Below, in pieces: positions 37,590 to 49,502 of a stretch of 64,000 bases of DNA. This stretch comes from Podarcis liolepis (taxonomy: Eukaryota): assembly GCA_965112155.1 (NCBI GenBank), contig OZ218107.1; one strand, written 5' to 3'. The first letter of the stretch is position 1. Every line of letters begins with the position of its first letter. Both the position numbers and the translations under genes were made by a program. The notes under the pieces were generated by a model. That model saw nothing but the letters and a program-made list of their open reading frames with translations, searched no databases and was not told the origin of the DNA.

Positions 37590-38979
37590 CTCTAGTTGTC
37601 TCGTAAGAACACATAGAACTCGCTCTGCAATTCTAGGGCTCTGATATGTAATATGAAGAAGACATGAAAATAATATTCTGTTACCTTTCAGCAGGTTGAA
37701 GCTAATTTTAACAGTACCAAGCAGCAACAACCTCCAAACCCCCATCTGTACAGAACCTTTATTGTATTTTAAGTCAAAGGGGGCAATTACAACTATAAAC
37801 TGCAGGATGATGTTCTTTAAATCAGAATAGTTTGCATTTTTATGGTTACTTAATTAGAAAGGCAGTCATCAAATTTTATTTTTAAGTTCATTATATGCTT
37901 TGTACAGTTAGATTGCGTTAATTTCTTGACTCTTGTCGAAGCACAGTAACTTTTAATACACATTCACAAAATTTAACATGCTTCTTAAGAATCCTCATTT
38001 TTGAAGCCCAGTTGATCTCTCAAAAGCCAAAATGAGGGCTTACAGTTGATACAATTAATGAAAAATCTGTGCATGTTTTTCATATAGTGCAACCAAAACA
38101 GATATGATAGAAGCCACAAATGAAGTTCCTGCGTGTTAGCAGTGCATACATGCTCCATTATCTATAAACACATTTGCCATGCACACCAGTCAAGTTGTGA
38201 TTGCCCGGTCAGATGTGCTGCTGACTTAACTCTCCATACATGAATGGCGATGAGGCGCATGGTGCCTTAGGTGTATTCATTCATTCCATTTATAACCTTT
38301 GTCTTAGCTTCTGTCATATCTGTATTGAAGGGTTTTTTTGTTCTCATGTAGCATACTTTTAAAGTGTTTATTTGATGTCACTGTGGATGCATACAAATCA
38401 TCATTTGCTGGGGTGAGAAATTGATCTGAACCATGGGCTCAAGGGAGAGCCTAGTGCTTGGATGCAAGTGGTTGGATGTCAAGAATCCCAGAACAGCAAG
38501 TTCTATCGCTTTTAAAAAGTAACATGAAAACAGCATGCAGAGCCCTTCTGCCCTTAATGATGCGGGGCAAACACTTGCAGCAGCAAGCAAGCAGTCATCA
38601 AGATTTGTCCGCAAATGTTAAGCCTTATTTTTAACAAAAAGCTGCTGCATATGTCAGCTTGGCCAGAACCTCCCCTCAACCCACGTGACCCCTGAAGGCA
38701 TAGGTGGCAACTGTCCAAGGCTTACATATCACTTCCTACTCTGAGCCCAGAGCCCAGCATCTCAGGGCTCACTGATAAGCATAGTAACAAAGCAAGCCAA
38801 GTGGCACATATCAAAGCATGTATGAGCTCATTCCCACAGCAACTATCAGTTAATTTTGAGGTTATCTTGACTACCAAGATGACTGACACGGGCCCAGTTG
38901 CGACCATGCGGAGATTTCTGGACTGACATCTCCACCTGGCTGGCCTTTCTATCTTTCTTAAGCAGGTAAGCAGAAGAGC

Positions 38980-39177
38980 TTATTTATTGTGTTTATATCC
39001 CAACCTTTTCCCCAAGGAGTACATGTTTCACAGCCTCCTCAGTTAATCTCTACAACAACCCTGTGAGGTAGGCTGTGACTGGCCCAAGGTCACTGAGAGA
39101 GCTTCCTGACTCGAGTGGGTATTTGAACCCTGATCTCACACTGATCTGACACTCTTAACCACTACACCACACTGACT
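38980..39177 (-). mobile_element. tRNA-derived SINE (Squam3/MIR-core-like), degenerate
   Basis: GACTGGCCCAAGGTCAC and CTCTTAACCACTACACCACACTG shared with 51930-52169. Confidence 0.7.
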
Positions 39178-40998
39178 TCCTTAGAGTACTTCTGCTGTGG
39201 TCCAGCTATATAAATTAAGTAGGTAAATAAATAAGAGCAAAGCAAAATGTAATTTAAAGAAGAATCTGAACTATTTCCTTAAAGCTTGAATTTGTTTTAT
39301 TTTAGATTGTTTTATTTGATGTTTTAATGTGTTGTAAACAACCTTGATTTTTTTAAAAAAATAAAGCGGTATAGAAATGGAATGAAAATAATAATAAGTA
39401 TAATAAGTTCCATGGGGGGGGGGGGAGAAGGTTCCTAGACAGTCTGTTCTGGCAACCCCAGCCTAGGTTTAAGGTGCCATTTGGCAATCAGCTTATATAT
39501 CTGAGTTTCTAACACTGCAAGATGGCGTTTGCAGGCCTTCCACAGAGAAAGAAGCCTAGTTTGTTATCTATGTCTTCATTTTTATGCTATCCATTCCTTT
39601 GACAAAATATTAAAACATCTTGCTACAAAACAAGAGCTGGAAGTGCCTTTTTCCAGCCTGAGTGCTTATCTTTCAACACTGCATGTTTAATTTAAATCTG
39701 ACTACAGTATGTTGCTGTAACTAATTGTATGTAGACAGAAAGTCCTAGGAAAAATTTCTTAATGGCAAGCTAAATCATCTAAATCATCTATGTCTAAACT
39801 CTTAACAGTGTTAGCTGATGGATTATTAAACAAAAACTGGCTATTGGAGTTTCTGTGGAGGAAACATGTTGACTTGACAGTCGTGTTTGAGAGTACATTT
39901 GAGAGTAGCATTTTGTTGCGTTGCTGACATTTAGACAGGCTGATTGCTGGTCAAGAAGTCACTGCATTTGTGTCAATGGAGAACAGATGGTTGTAGGGAG
40001 GGCGTATGTCCAAGAGAGTGGGAAATGAGGTAATGAAAGGGGGGGGATAGATATATTAACACATATTTAAAATTGTCATAGGCACAAAGCTATAAAAATT
40101 AGGCATCTAGAAATTAGATGTGGACTCATTTTAAAAGAACGGAAAGCAGGCACTGCTGCATAGAAGCTTAGAATACATTGCCATTTAATGAAAAGTGCTG
40201 CCTTCTCCGTTATTTTTGTATCAGTGCATAGGAAGGCAAATGTATAAGATCCTAGGGTTTGCATTAGACAGCACAGGAGAAGTGAATGCACTGGCTGGTA
40301 AATAATCTGCTATGCATATTAATGTTGGTTCAGTAAACATCATTTTCTTAATCCCTTGCTCCAGCCTTGTAATTAAATTTATTGATATTCTACGCAGCAG
40401 AATATATTAGTTAGTGATTCAAACAAGGCAATGTATTTTATAGTATAAATAGTAATTCTCTTGCTTTTATTGTAAATAATTGTGCAACATGAAATGCATA
40501 TTCTCTTTCTCTGCTTCTATTATGTTTGTTCCTGAAGAGAGAAATTAAAGTCAGACATTTTTCATTATCTCTTTCAGTTGTGTTGCAACATTTTTATACC
40601 AAAATATTGAAATATAAATTAAACCTTTTTATTAAAACTAAGTCATTAAAATACATATAAACAATTTATTTATTTTTTAAATGCAGCCACCTTTTCTTAT
40701 CTGCTACCTTTTGTTTTACTTGCATTGTTTAATTATTTTTTTTACCATTTGTGGGTTTTTTGCATTTCATGTTGAGTATGATCTTTTATTTATGTTGAAA
40801 TGCTAAACTAGCATTGCACTTGCCACCTTTTAGCCTGGTCATAACTTCAGATCTCCTCTTACTGTACTATTAAAAATGTTTAATTTGTACTTCTGTGCTT
40901 TAGAAAATATTTTGTATATTTGTGTAAATGTAAATTGTTTTGTAATTTATTCTGTGTATAAAACTGACCCTTGTTTACTGTATATGACTTTCTTTTAG

Positions 40999-41136
40999 GT
41001 AAAAAGAACATATTCCCATGGTACATACAGAGCTGGCCCAATGAGACAAATCAGCCTTGTTGGAGCAGTGGATGAGGAAGTGGGGGACTATTTTCCAGAG
41101 TTCCTAGATATGCTGGAAGATTCACCTTTCTTAAAA
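40999..41136 (+). CDS. RSBN1L: RSBN1L exon 4
   Basis: Acceptor tcttttag, donor AAA|gtaaga; 138 nt. VKRTYSHGTYRAGPMRQISLVGAVDEEVGDYFPEFLDMLEDSPFLK. Confidence 0.95.
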
Positions 41137-41851
41137 GTAAGAAAGAAAGGGAATCGGGGAAGTAACTTTGCATAGTTTTGTTAAATCTTAAAACTTTGTT
41201 TATTATGATAAACAAAATGACACTTCTAATATGGTGAAGAGATTAGATCCAAAATCTGCAAGTCTTTAATACAGGGATTCTTGCATGCAAAATTAAAATT
41301 AAATATAATGCAATGCAAGAAAATAAATAGTGTGCAACATTTTGTGTTTATGTGCATTTTTCTGCAATCAATAGCTTTCAGGGTCCATGATCCCCAAAAG
41401 GTTAAGAATCACTGTTTCAGAAAGTCACTTCCAAAACTGGCAAATGATTAGGTATAAGGCAACAATTAAAGGTATTGATTTTTCAATTTGTATTCTACAT
41501 TCATATTTGAAGGCCAGTTCAAGTTCTTCATAACAGGCTATTAATTTCTTATGAAACCTGCAGTCCTGATGAAATTTTCAAGGAGCACTGAAAGCACTCA
41601 GATTCTTAGGTTGAAGAATACAGTGTGCTACAATGCAATTTATATATAGATATAATATTTCTTTGAGGTAGACATTATTTTGAATTGAAAATACAGTAAA
41701 TGCAGAAGGAAAAATTGTGGTCCTCTACATTGATGAAATTGCCCCTGTTTTGCAGTAGAATAAGATATGCAGTGTTTTCATGTTGTGAGTTAATGAAAAT
41801 GTTTCAATTGGTGGTGTTTTAAATAACCTTTAAATAACTGTTTCTTCTTAG

Positions 41852-41994
41852 TGTACTTTGCCATGGGGGACACTTTCTAGTTTGAAACTAGAGAGTCGTA
41901 AAGATAGTGATGATGGTCCTATTATGTGGGTACGTCCAGGAGAACAAATGATCCCTGTGGCAGACATGCCAAAGTCACCTTTCAAAAGGAAAAG
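41852..41994 (+). CDS. RSBN1L: RSBN1L exon 5
   Basis: Acceptor tttcttcttag, donor AAAG|gtatgc; 143 nt. CTLPWGTLSSLKLESRKDSDDGPIMWVRPGEQMIPVADMPKSPFKRK. Confidence 0.95.
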
Positions 41995-43603
41995 GTATGC
42001 TGAAATATCTGGCTTTATTTGATTCCATACTGTAGAGTTTAAAACTTCCTGAGCAGCTTACAGCCGTTAAAACAGTAATAAGGTATTTTAAAAGAATTTT
42101 AAAAATTGAAGCTAAAAAATCTCAGAATCCCCAAAGCTCTAAAAATCCTGAGTAAATAAAGATACCTTCATCTGGTACAAAAAGACATCAAGTTCAAAGC
42201 CCCTCTGGCAAGACTGTAATAGTTGGAGTGTGCCAAAGCAAAAAATACCTTGGTGGAATCTACACTCATATAAAAAACATTCTGAAAATGCTTTAAAAAA
42301 TAATAAATACATTGAATTTTCCATAAGGCTCGGCATTGCCATCTAGTGTCACATTGTATATTGCACTTAAAACACACTTTATCTGCGGTTGTAAAGCTGA
42401 GTCCCTTGTCTCCAAAGTTGTAAGTTATTTTTGAGGAGGCTGGTTTAAGCCCATGTTTTTTCTTCTTTTTGAATAACTTTTTATTGGGTTTTAAAAATCA
42501 AGGATCATAGGAATAATAAATTATACAAATAGACCACGTCTTTTCATATCATTCATACATCACAAAAATACACAATAAGTTTGCAGTAATATCTATGACA
42601 TACAATTTATTATTAGTGGTCAGTATATAAGCTCTTGGTTCATTGATTGGTTAAACAAAAACAAAGGGGATAAAAAAACAGGATAAAAATACAGGATAGA
42701 ACAGAGTTAACAGATAACATTCAACATCACTTAGCTAATCGCCTAATCAGGAGCCCTTGTGGTTGTGCTTAGATTAAGTATGAGTAATAGTCATTTTTTC
42801 CTCTTAAGTTACCAATGAAACAATATAGAGTGCTTGTATATTGATGAATGGGGGGTTTCAAAGTGAATATAATAATTTATGTTTACATTTAAATTTAGAT
42901 AAACCAGATTGAGCCAAATGCTGATGGTGGGGGGATTATTCATTTTCTGGAATATGTTATGAAATTAAACTATATTGGAGTAAAGCCATCTTTCTTGATT
43001 TGTCAATGTGTCAACTGTAGTTTATTTGTAGTTTATTTCTTAAGGAGGGCTGTTTCCCAAACTGTTTTGTACCAATTGTCTATTGTTGTGCCGGCGGAAA
43101 AGTCTTTTCAGTCTCTGGTTATGTTGTGCTTTGCCACTTGTAATAAATGGCTTGTTAATTCTTTAAGTTCAGGCCTTTTTGACTAAACATGTTATATTTT
43201 CTTTTCTTAACAGACACTAATACTGTGTACTTGTAATACTTGGCTCTGGTTCTAGAATTACTGACTGAATTGGATAGAGCTGGCTCCAATTTCAGCCAGT
43301 ATTAATCTCTGAAGTGATGTACTTAGGCCCTTGTGAGATCAAAAAAGAGCACTTTGTTCCATAGAGGGAGAAAGTAAATGATCACAGAGAGCTGGGGTGG
43401 CAGCTAGTTCATCATCAATGATTGTTATGATTTATTTATTTTTATATCAAACAGTTTTAAGTCACTTAATAGTTTTAACGTAGGGTACAACATAAACAGA
43501 AAATCATAAAACCAGGAATTCAGGCAGTCAAAAACATTCCCTGAACTTATGGGTCAGGGAAAGACCAGGCAAAAAGTTAGGTCTTTACAAGACACATGAT
43601 GTA

Positions 43604-44257
43604 CCGTATTTTTTGCCCTATAGGACGCACTTTTCCCCCTCCAAAAATGAAGGGGAAATGTGTGTGCGTCCTATGGGGAGAATGCAGGCCTTCGCTGAAG
43701 CCTGGAGAGCGAGAGGTGTGCACCGACCCATCTTGCTCTCCAGGCTTCAGGCAGCTATCCGCAAGCCTGCGGAGCCCGGCGGGAACTCCCGCGGGCTCCG
43801 AAGGCTTGCGGATAGCTGCCTGCAGCCTGAAGCCCAGGGAGCGTGGCACTGTGCACCCCGGGCTTAGGGCAGCTATCCGCAAGCCTTGGGAGCCCGGCGG
43901 GAGTTCCCGCCGGACTCCCAAGGCTTGCGGACAGCAAGCTCCACAAGCTCCGGGAGCGATGGCGAGGTTGCGCAACCTCGCCTTGGCACCCAGACCCATT
44001 CTGGGGGCTGGGGTTGGGGGAAGCTCGGGCTTCCCCCATCCCCAGCCCCGCAAGCTCCAGGAGCAATGGCGAGGTTTCACAACCTCGCCATCGCTCCCGG
44101 ACCCCCGGACCCGAGGCTAAAAACAAAGCCAGGACAGCCAGCGGGATCCATCCCGCTCGCTGTCATGGCTTCTTTGCTCTTTGGGGCTCGGGGGAAAAAT
44201 AATTCCCCCTCCTTCCCCCCCCCAAAGTAAGTGCGCCCTATAGGGCGGAAAATACAG
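43604..44257. mobile_element. Tc2/pogo-like MITE with a GC-rich palindromic interior
   Basis: TA TSD; 29-bp imperfect TIR CCGTATTTTTTGCCCTATAGGACGCACTT. Confidence 0.88.
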
Positions 44258-44601
44258 TAATTGGCCAATTTTTCAGCCATGCAAAGCACTCATCTTCAGT
44301 GCCCCTGCTTTGCTGAGATTCAGGCTTAGCTTGTTATCCCTTATCCAGTCGACCGCTGCATCCAGGCACTGGCCCAGGTCCTGCGTGGCATCTCCTGATT
44401 CAGTCATTATTGAGAACTAGAACTGAGTGTTATCCTACTCATGACACCTGGCCCTAATTTCCTTATGACTGCTCCCAGTAGTTTCGTATTGCCTAGAGCA
44501 TAATTTCTAGGGGACTGAAAAGCACTCTTCTATTATTACTGTCTGAACTTGGCCACATAGGTAGCGCAGTGCCCCCAATTCCCATCCCATAGAGCCAGTC
44601 C

Positions 44602-44673
44602 CAGGAGTGCCTGGCTTGCTCTGGTCCATGGAGTCACGAAGAGTTGGACACGACTAAACGACTAAACAACAAC
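44602..44673 (+). mobile_element. BovB extreme 3' end (72 nt)
   Basis: Reverse-complement match to 34435-34515; 11-bp TSD AGAGCCAGTCC. Confidence 0.88.
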
Positions 44674-45095
44674 AGAGCCAGTCCAGGAGGATGCAATGGT
44701 CAATGGTATAAAAAACCTTAGAGAACTAGACGTGGAAACAAGATTACACTCCCCTTGTCCTGCTCTTGTTAAGCACAATCCATCAGGGTGGTAATGAGCG
44801 ACTCAGTCCCATAGAACAGCAGTCTTTCCATTTATAATTTGTGTGTAGAATGCAATTATAATATCAAATGAACATTGCACTGTGTACAAGAAATGTACAA
44901 AAAGATCTAGAAATGCGGGTGTGTATTAGCTTGTTCGTTTGTTTTCAATCACCGCACAAAAATTCTAAACCAGCACCTTGTATATTGGAGGGCATTCCTT
45001 TTTTACTGGTGTAATAACTTGCTAACATTTTTATATGAGGGGGGGGGGGAATGGACAATTATTCTTAATTTTTCTTACCCCCATCCTTTTAACAG

Positions 45096-45263
45096 AACAA
45101 CCAATGAAATAAAAAACCTGCAGTACCTACCTCGTATTAGTGAACCTCGTGAAATGCTTTTTGAAGACAGGACACGAGCCCATGCAGATCACATAGGACA
45201 AGGGTTTGAACGACAGACTACAGCTGCTGTGGGAGTATTAAAGGCAGTGCATTGTGGAGAGTG
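45096..45263 (+). CDS. RSBN1L: RSBN1L exon 6 (contains putative Fe(II)-binding HxD)
   Basis: Acceptor ttttaacag, donor TG|gtatgt; 168 nt. TTNEIKNLQYLPRISEPREMLFEDRTRAHADHIGQGFERQTTAAVGVLKAVHCGE. Confidence 0.95.
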
Positions 45264-46068
45264 GTATGTATTTGCCAGGTTTTTTTCAGGATAAACATCT
45301 GAAAAATACCTGCATGAATTGGACAGTGCTGAGATAGATCCCAACTAATAGTCCTGTCATCACTCTTGGCCTTGAGTTGGCATGCAGAAGAGATTTGGCC
45401 CTGTATTGCTGCAAGTTGCTGATCCTAATATAGGGAGTCAAAAATCCTAAAGATAAATGCTATTTGTGCATTTAGCTTGATGCATTCTATAACAGATAAA
45501 TATTCCATATCAAATCTACATTGGCACAATGGATAGAAAATGGCAAGATAGTGATGGAGGTGATTAGTAAGTGTTAATGCAGAATGGAAATTGCCATGCA
45601 GAATGGAAATGGACATGATTTTTTATTTGAGGTGTGATTTTCTTCTATTTTGAGCTCTAGACTAATCTGTTTTTGAAATCTTAGTTGGCTGAATTGTGCA
45701 ATTTAATTGAAAACACAGATGAAATGTTAAGAAAGCAAAATGAGCATTTGCCTACCTTCTGATAACTGGATTTGAAAGTAAATCCAGCTTTTTCCTCTTC
45801 GTGTGTGTGTTTTTTAACAGCTGTGAAATATCAGAGGATAGTGGAATGTGATAAACAATTATGATTTAAAAATAATAATGTTTTGGAGACTGATAGTGTG
45901 ACATATAAGTAGGTCATAACTTAATCTGTAGCTTCTGGGACAAGGAACCCTGAGCACTGCAATCTCTAATTTACACTAATTTGCAGATGCTGTACATTGC
46001 AGCTGTGTGGAAGAAGTAAGTAAATTAGCATACTTGCCAGAGTATCCTGTGGCTCATGTGAAACTAAA

Positions 46069-46430
46069 AGGTAAAGGTACCCCTGACTGTTAGGTCTAGT
46101 TGCAAATGACTCTGGGGTTGCGGCACTCATCTCACTTTACTGGCCGAGGGAGCTGATGTTTGTCCGCAGACAGTTTTTCTGGGTCATGTGGCCAGCATGA
46201 CTAAGCCGCTTCTGGCGAAACCAGAGCAGCGCACGGAAAAACTGTTTACCTTCCTGCTGGAGTGGTACCTGTTTATCTACTTGCACTTTGACGTGCTTTC
46301 AAACTGCTAGGTTGGCAGGAGCAGGGACTGAGCAATGGGAGCTCACCCCGTTGCGGGGATTCGAACCACTGACCTTCCGATCGGCAAGCCCTAGGCTCAG
46401 TAGTTTAGACCACAGTGCCACCCGCGTCCC
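46069..46430 (-). mobile_element. Full-length Sauria SINE
   Basis: Reverse-complement similarity to 16232-16580, including the B box (GGATTCGAACC on +). Confidence 0.9.
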
Positions 46431-46685
46431 TTTTGATTTTAGGCCCCAGTAAAAGGTTATGCTTTCTACAAGGAAGTTGTAATAGAGTAGTACACACCTG
46501 AACACCTGTTATATTAGCATGAGAAGACAAAGGATCAGTTGCTGTGTTAGTACTATTTATAAAAAATAAGTTCCAGTTGCTGTTGTTACTTTTCATTGGA
46601 CTTCTGCAAACTGAAAAACAACTGTATATTTTCAGTGCTTTATTTTGTGCTTACAAGAGCAGCAAATAGCTGGCTGATTTAATAT

Positions 46686-46907
46686 AAAGCGGATGCTCGG
46701 GTTGCGAACGTGATCTGTGCGGGAGGCACGTTCACAACCCGTAGCGCGATTCAGCACTTCTGCACATGTGCAAAGTGCGATTTAGTGGTTCTGCGCATGC
46801 TTGAGCACCGAAACTTAGAAGCAACCCGTTCCGGTACTTCTGGGTTTGGCGTGGTGCGCAACCCGAAAACGTGCAACCTGAAGCACCTGTAACCCGAGGT
46901 ATGACTT
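46686..46907. mobile_element. Tigger-like MITE immediately upstream of exon 7
   Basis: TA flanks; CTCGGGTTGC and GTAACCCGAG terminal symmetry; internal CAACCCG repeats. Confidence 0.65.
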
Positions 46908-46946
46908 TATTAACCTTGATGGCAACACTTTCTCTCCTTTGCATAG

Positions 46947-47055
46947 GCCTCAACAACCTCGTATAACCAAAGATGTAATTTGCTTTCATGCAGAAGATTT
47001 CTTAGAGGTAGTTCAACGAATGCAACTAGATCTGCATGAACCTCCGCTTTCACAG
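46947..47055 (+). CDS. RSBN1L: RSBN1L exon 7
   Basis: Acceptor ctttgcatag, donor CAG|gtaagt; 109 nt. [36 protein letters not shown]. Confidence 0.95.
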
Positions 47056-47146
47056 GTAAGTGTTTTGAAAGACTTGATAATTATTTCCTTGAGAATTACC
47101 ATGATCCCGAAAACATTTATTAATTTTCTTTTCTCTCTCTTTCTAG

Positions 47147-47791
47147 TGTGTCCAGTGGGTTGATGATGCAAAACTTAACCAATTACGAAGGGAAGGCATT
47201 CGATATGCCAGAATTCAGCTGTATGATAACGATATTTATTTTATTCCAAGGAATGTTGTGCATCAGTTTAAGACAGTTTCAGCTGTGTGCAGTTTAGCTT
47301 GGCATGTTCGGCTCAAGCTCTACCACTCAGAGGGAGAAAATCAAAGCATCTATGAAGCAGGCCTGCCAACAGATCCCACATGTTCTGCTGTAGGACTTCA
47401 AACTGACAGCGTAATCCACGCAGCGAGTATAAATGCCTCTGAAGACACTAAATTTTCAGGCATTCTGCAAACTAAATATGTCAAACAGGAATTTTCATGC
47501 ACACATGAACCCGCTGCATCTTTCCAAAATAAAGAGGAACCAATTATTGTTAATCTTCCAGAAAAGACAGTCGCACCTAATGTTATGGAATGTCAGAATG
47601 TTAAAGCAAAGCTGGATCATGGTCAGTTGACAGGGTCTACGTTTGAAACTGCCTCTGAATTTGAACCTGAAGACAAGGACTTGCAGGACAGCTTGGGTCT
47701 GGGGGGTCATGTGAACCTGGAGGATACCAGACAAAGCAGTTCAGCATATTCAAGTCTGCATGGCAAAGAAGAAGATGACTTTTTGTGTTGA
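47147..47791 (+). CDS. RSBN1L: RSBN1L exon 8 (terminal coding part)
   Basis: Acceptor ctctttctag after a 91-nt intron. [60 protein letters not shown]. The eight exons sum to 2601 nt, consistent with one 866-aa reading frame. Confidence 0.95.
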   Translation, partial: CVQWVDDAKLNQLRREGIRYARIQLYDNDIYFIPRNVVHQFKTVSAVCSLAWHVRLKLYHSEGENQSIYEAGLPTDPTCSAVGLQTDSVIHAASINASEDTKFSGILQTKYVKQEFSCTHEPAASFQNKEEPIIVNLPEKTVAPNVMECQNVKAKLDHGQLTGSTFETASEFEPEDKDLQDSLGLGGHVNLEDTRQSSSAYSSLHGKEEDDFLC

Positions 47792-48260
47792 AGTTGTTCT
47801 GTGTGTGTATATATATTTTTAAATTCCTTTTTAAACATAATAATGTAAAGATGCTTAAATTCTGTGAGTCAGGTTTGTTACTTGCCTCACATCTGTTACA
47901 GAAAATAGTTTATGTAGCTTTGTAACATTCCTCAGTGCCTGTCCATAACTGTGAAAGTATGAAAGCACTTAGGGCCAGATGCACTGTAAACACTGCAGGT
48001 GTAACATAAAGAAGTCTTTAAATATGAGTTGTAGGTTTTAGACTAGAGCTGACATTTAACATATATTTTTTGTAAGATAAGCCAGAATTCTTTTTGACAA
48101 TTCCAGGCTTTTCCATAGAGCTTATTTATACCAATTTTTTTTTCCTTTTTAACGTGTCAGCACTGTAGTGTAAATAGCTTTTTTAAAGAAAAATCTTTTT
48201 AGTGTGATTTATATTGAAATGTGAGCCACTTAATAAAGGTTCATAATAACAATAATGGGT
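47792..48260 (+). other. RSBN1L: RSBN1L proximal 3'UTR with polyA signal
   Basis: AU-rich sequence after the stop; AATAAA at 48232-48237 followed by a U-rich tract. A longer UTR is possible. Confidence 0.6.
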
Positions 48261-49337
48261 TTTATTTTTCAGCCTCTTTAAAAAAACCCTCAAAACTTCT
48301 GAGCTAATTTTCAAAACACTTAGTTTTGCAAGAAAGTGAATATTATTGTATGATGAAACAAAAACCTTAGACATTTAAGTTAAAATGCACAGTTTCACTT
48401 TCAAAGCGAATTTGGATGAGTAGTTCATGTGGTGGTTATACATGCAATGAACTTCTCTTGTCATCTTATCTTACATTGACAGGTACTTTGCTCACAATAC
48501 AGTTATGATAAACTTGAGAGATCCCACTATTTCCTGGTGTTCCCTACATGAAGAGAGATGAGTCAGGAATCCTAAGGGAAAAAATCGCACACATAACAAA
48601 AAAATCAGTTAGAATGTTTTGGCATACCATACAGGGATACTTGTATAATTTTTGAAGTTTCATATTCTAGAACAGCAGACAAGTATTGATAGGAGCCCAA
48701 AAATGGAAGGTGGCTAGAATGTGTGACCTACCTGACCTTTGAGGGAACCTAATCAAGTTTTTGATTCTTAGCCTTTAGCTGAAACTGCATGCATATTTTT
48801 ATGCTTTAATCCACAACCACAAAGGCCAAAAGAACAACCCGAAACTTGGACTTTGGGGATTTTGGAGAAAAGCAGTACATAATTGAATACAATAATCAAT
48901 TTACATTTTTAAGTACTTGTATAACTACTGCTAAGAAGGCCCCTTGATTAAATGTAAGACACAGAATCTTCATAGGTGTACTTAAAGCACAATTATACAT
49001 TAGGGCTGTATTCTAGAGGGTATTTAATTTTGTCTTTAGCTCTTGGATTACTGAATTGGCTTCTTTGGTAGATGCAGCCAGTTGAGTTTGCCCAGCCCAT
49101 TGGAAAGCATGGCCACTGCTGCTAAGCCTCATAGGTTTTGAAAGGAGTTAACACGCGGAATGCTTAATTACAGCAAAGGTTTAACAGCCCATAACATCTT
49201 CCCCTTTCAGCTTTAAAAATATAAACACACTTCAAGGCAAGATGCTGCAAAGATATGAGGCCCTTTTTTTGTCCCCAGTGCATCTTAGTAATATGAACTA
49301 CAATTTGAGCTCATCTTGTGCATTCAGTAAAATTGAA

Positions 49338-49502
49338 GGAAGGGTTGTGGCTCATACATTGCATATGTAAGAAGTCCCAAATTTAGCCACCCACGTTTCC
49401 AGTTAGGGCTAGGAAAGACTTACCTGAACCCTTGGAAAGCTGCTGCCAGTCTGTAGATAGCTATGACCTAGATGGACAAGTGTTGCGGTATAATACAGTT
49501 CC
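49338..49502 (+). mobile_element. Degenerate tRNA-derived SINE (Squam2-like)
   Basis: GTGGCTCA head, CTTGGAAAGCTGCTGCCAGTCTGTAGA..CTAGATGGAC body, GGTATAA..CAGTTCC tail. Confidence 0.45.

Noticed and set aside
43577-44289. ORFs of 114-174 aa as a transposase
   Set aside because: No HTH or DDE motifs; they arise from GC-rich palindromic repeats.
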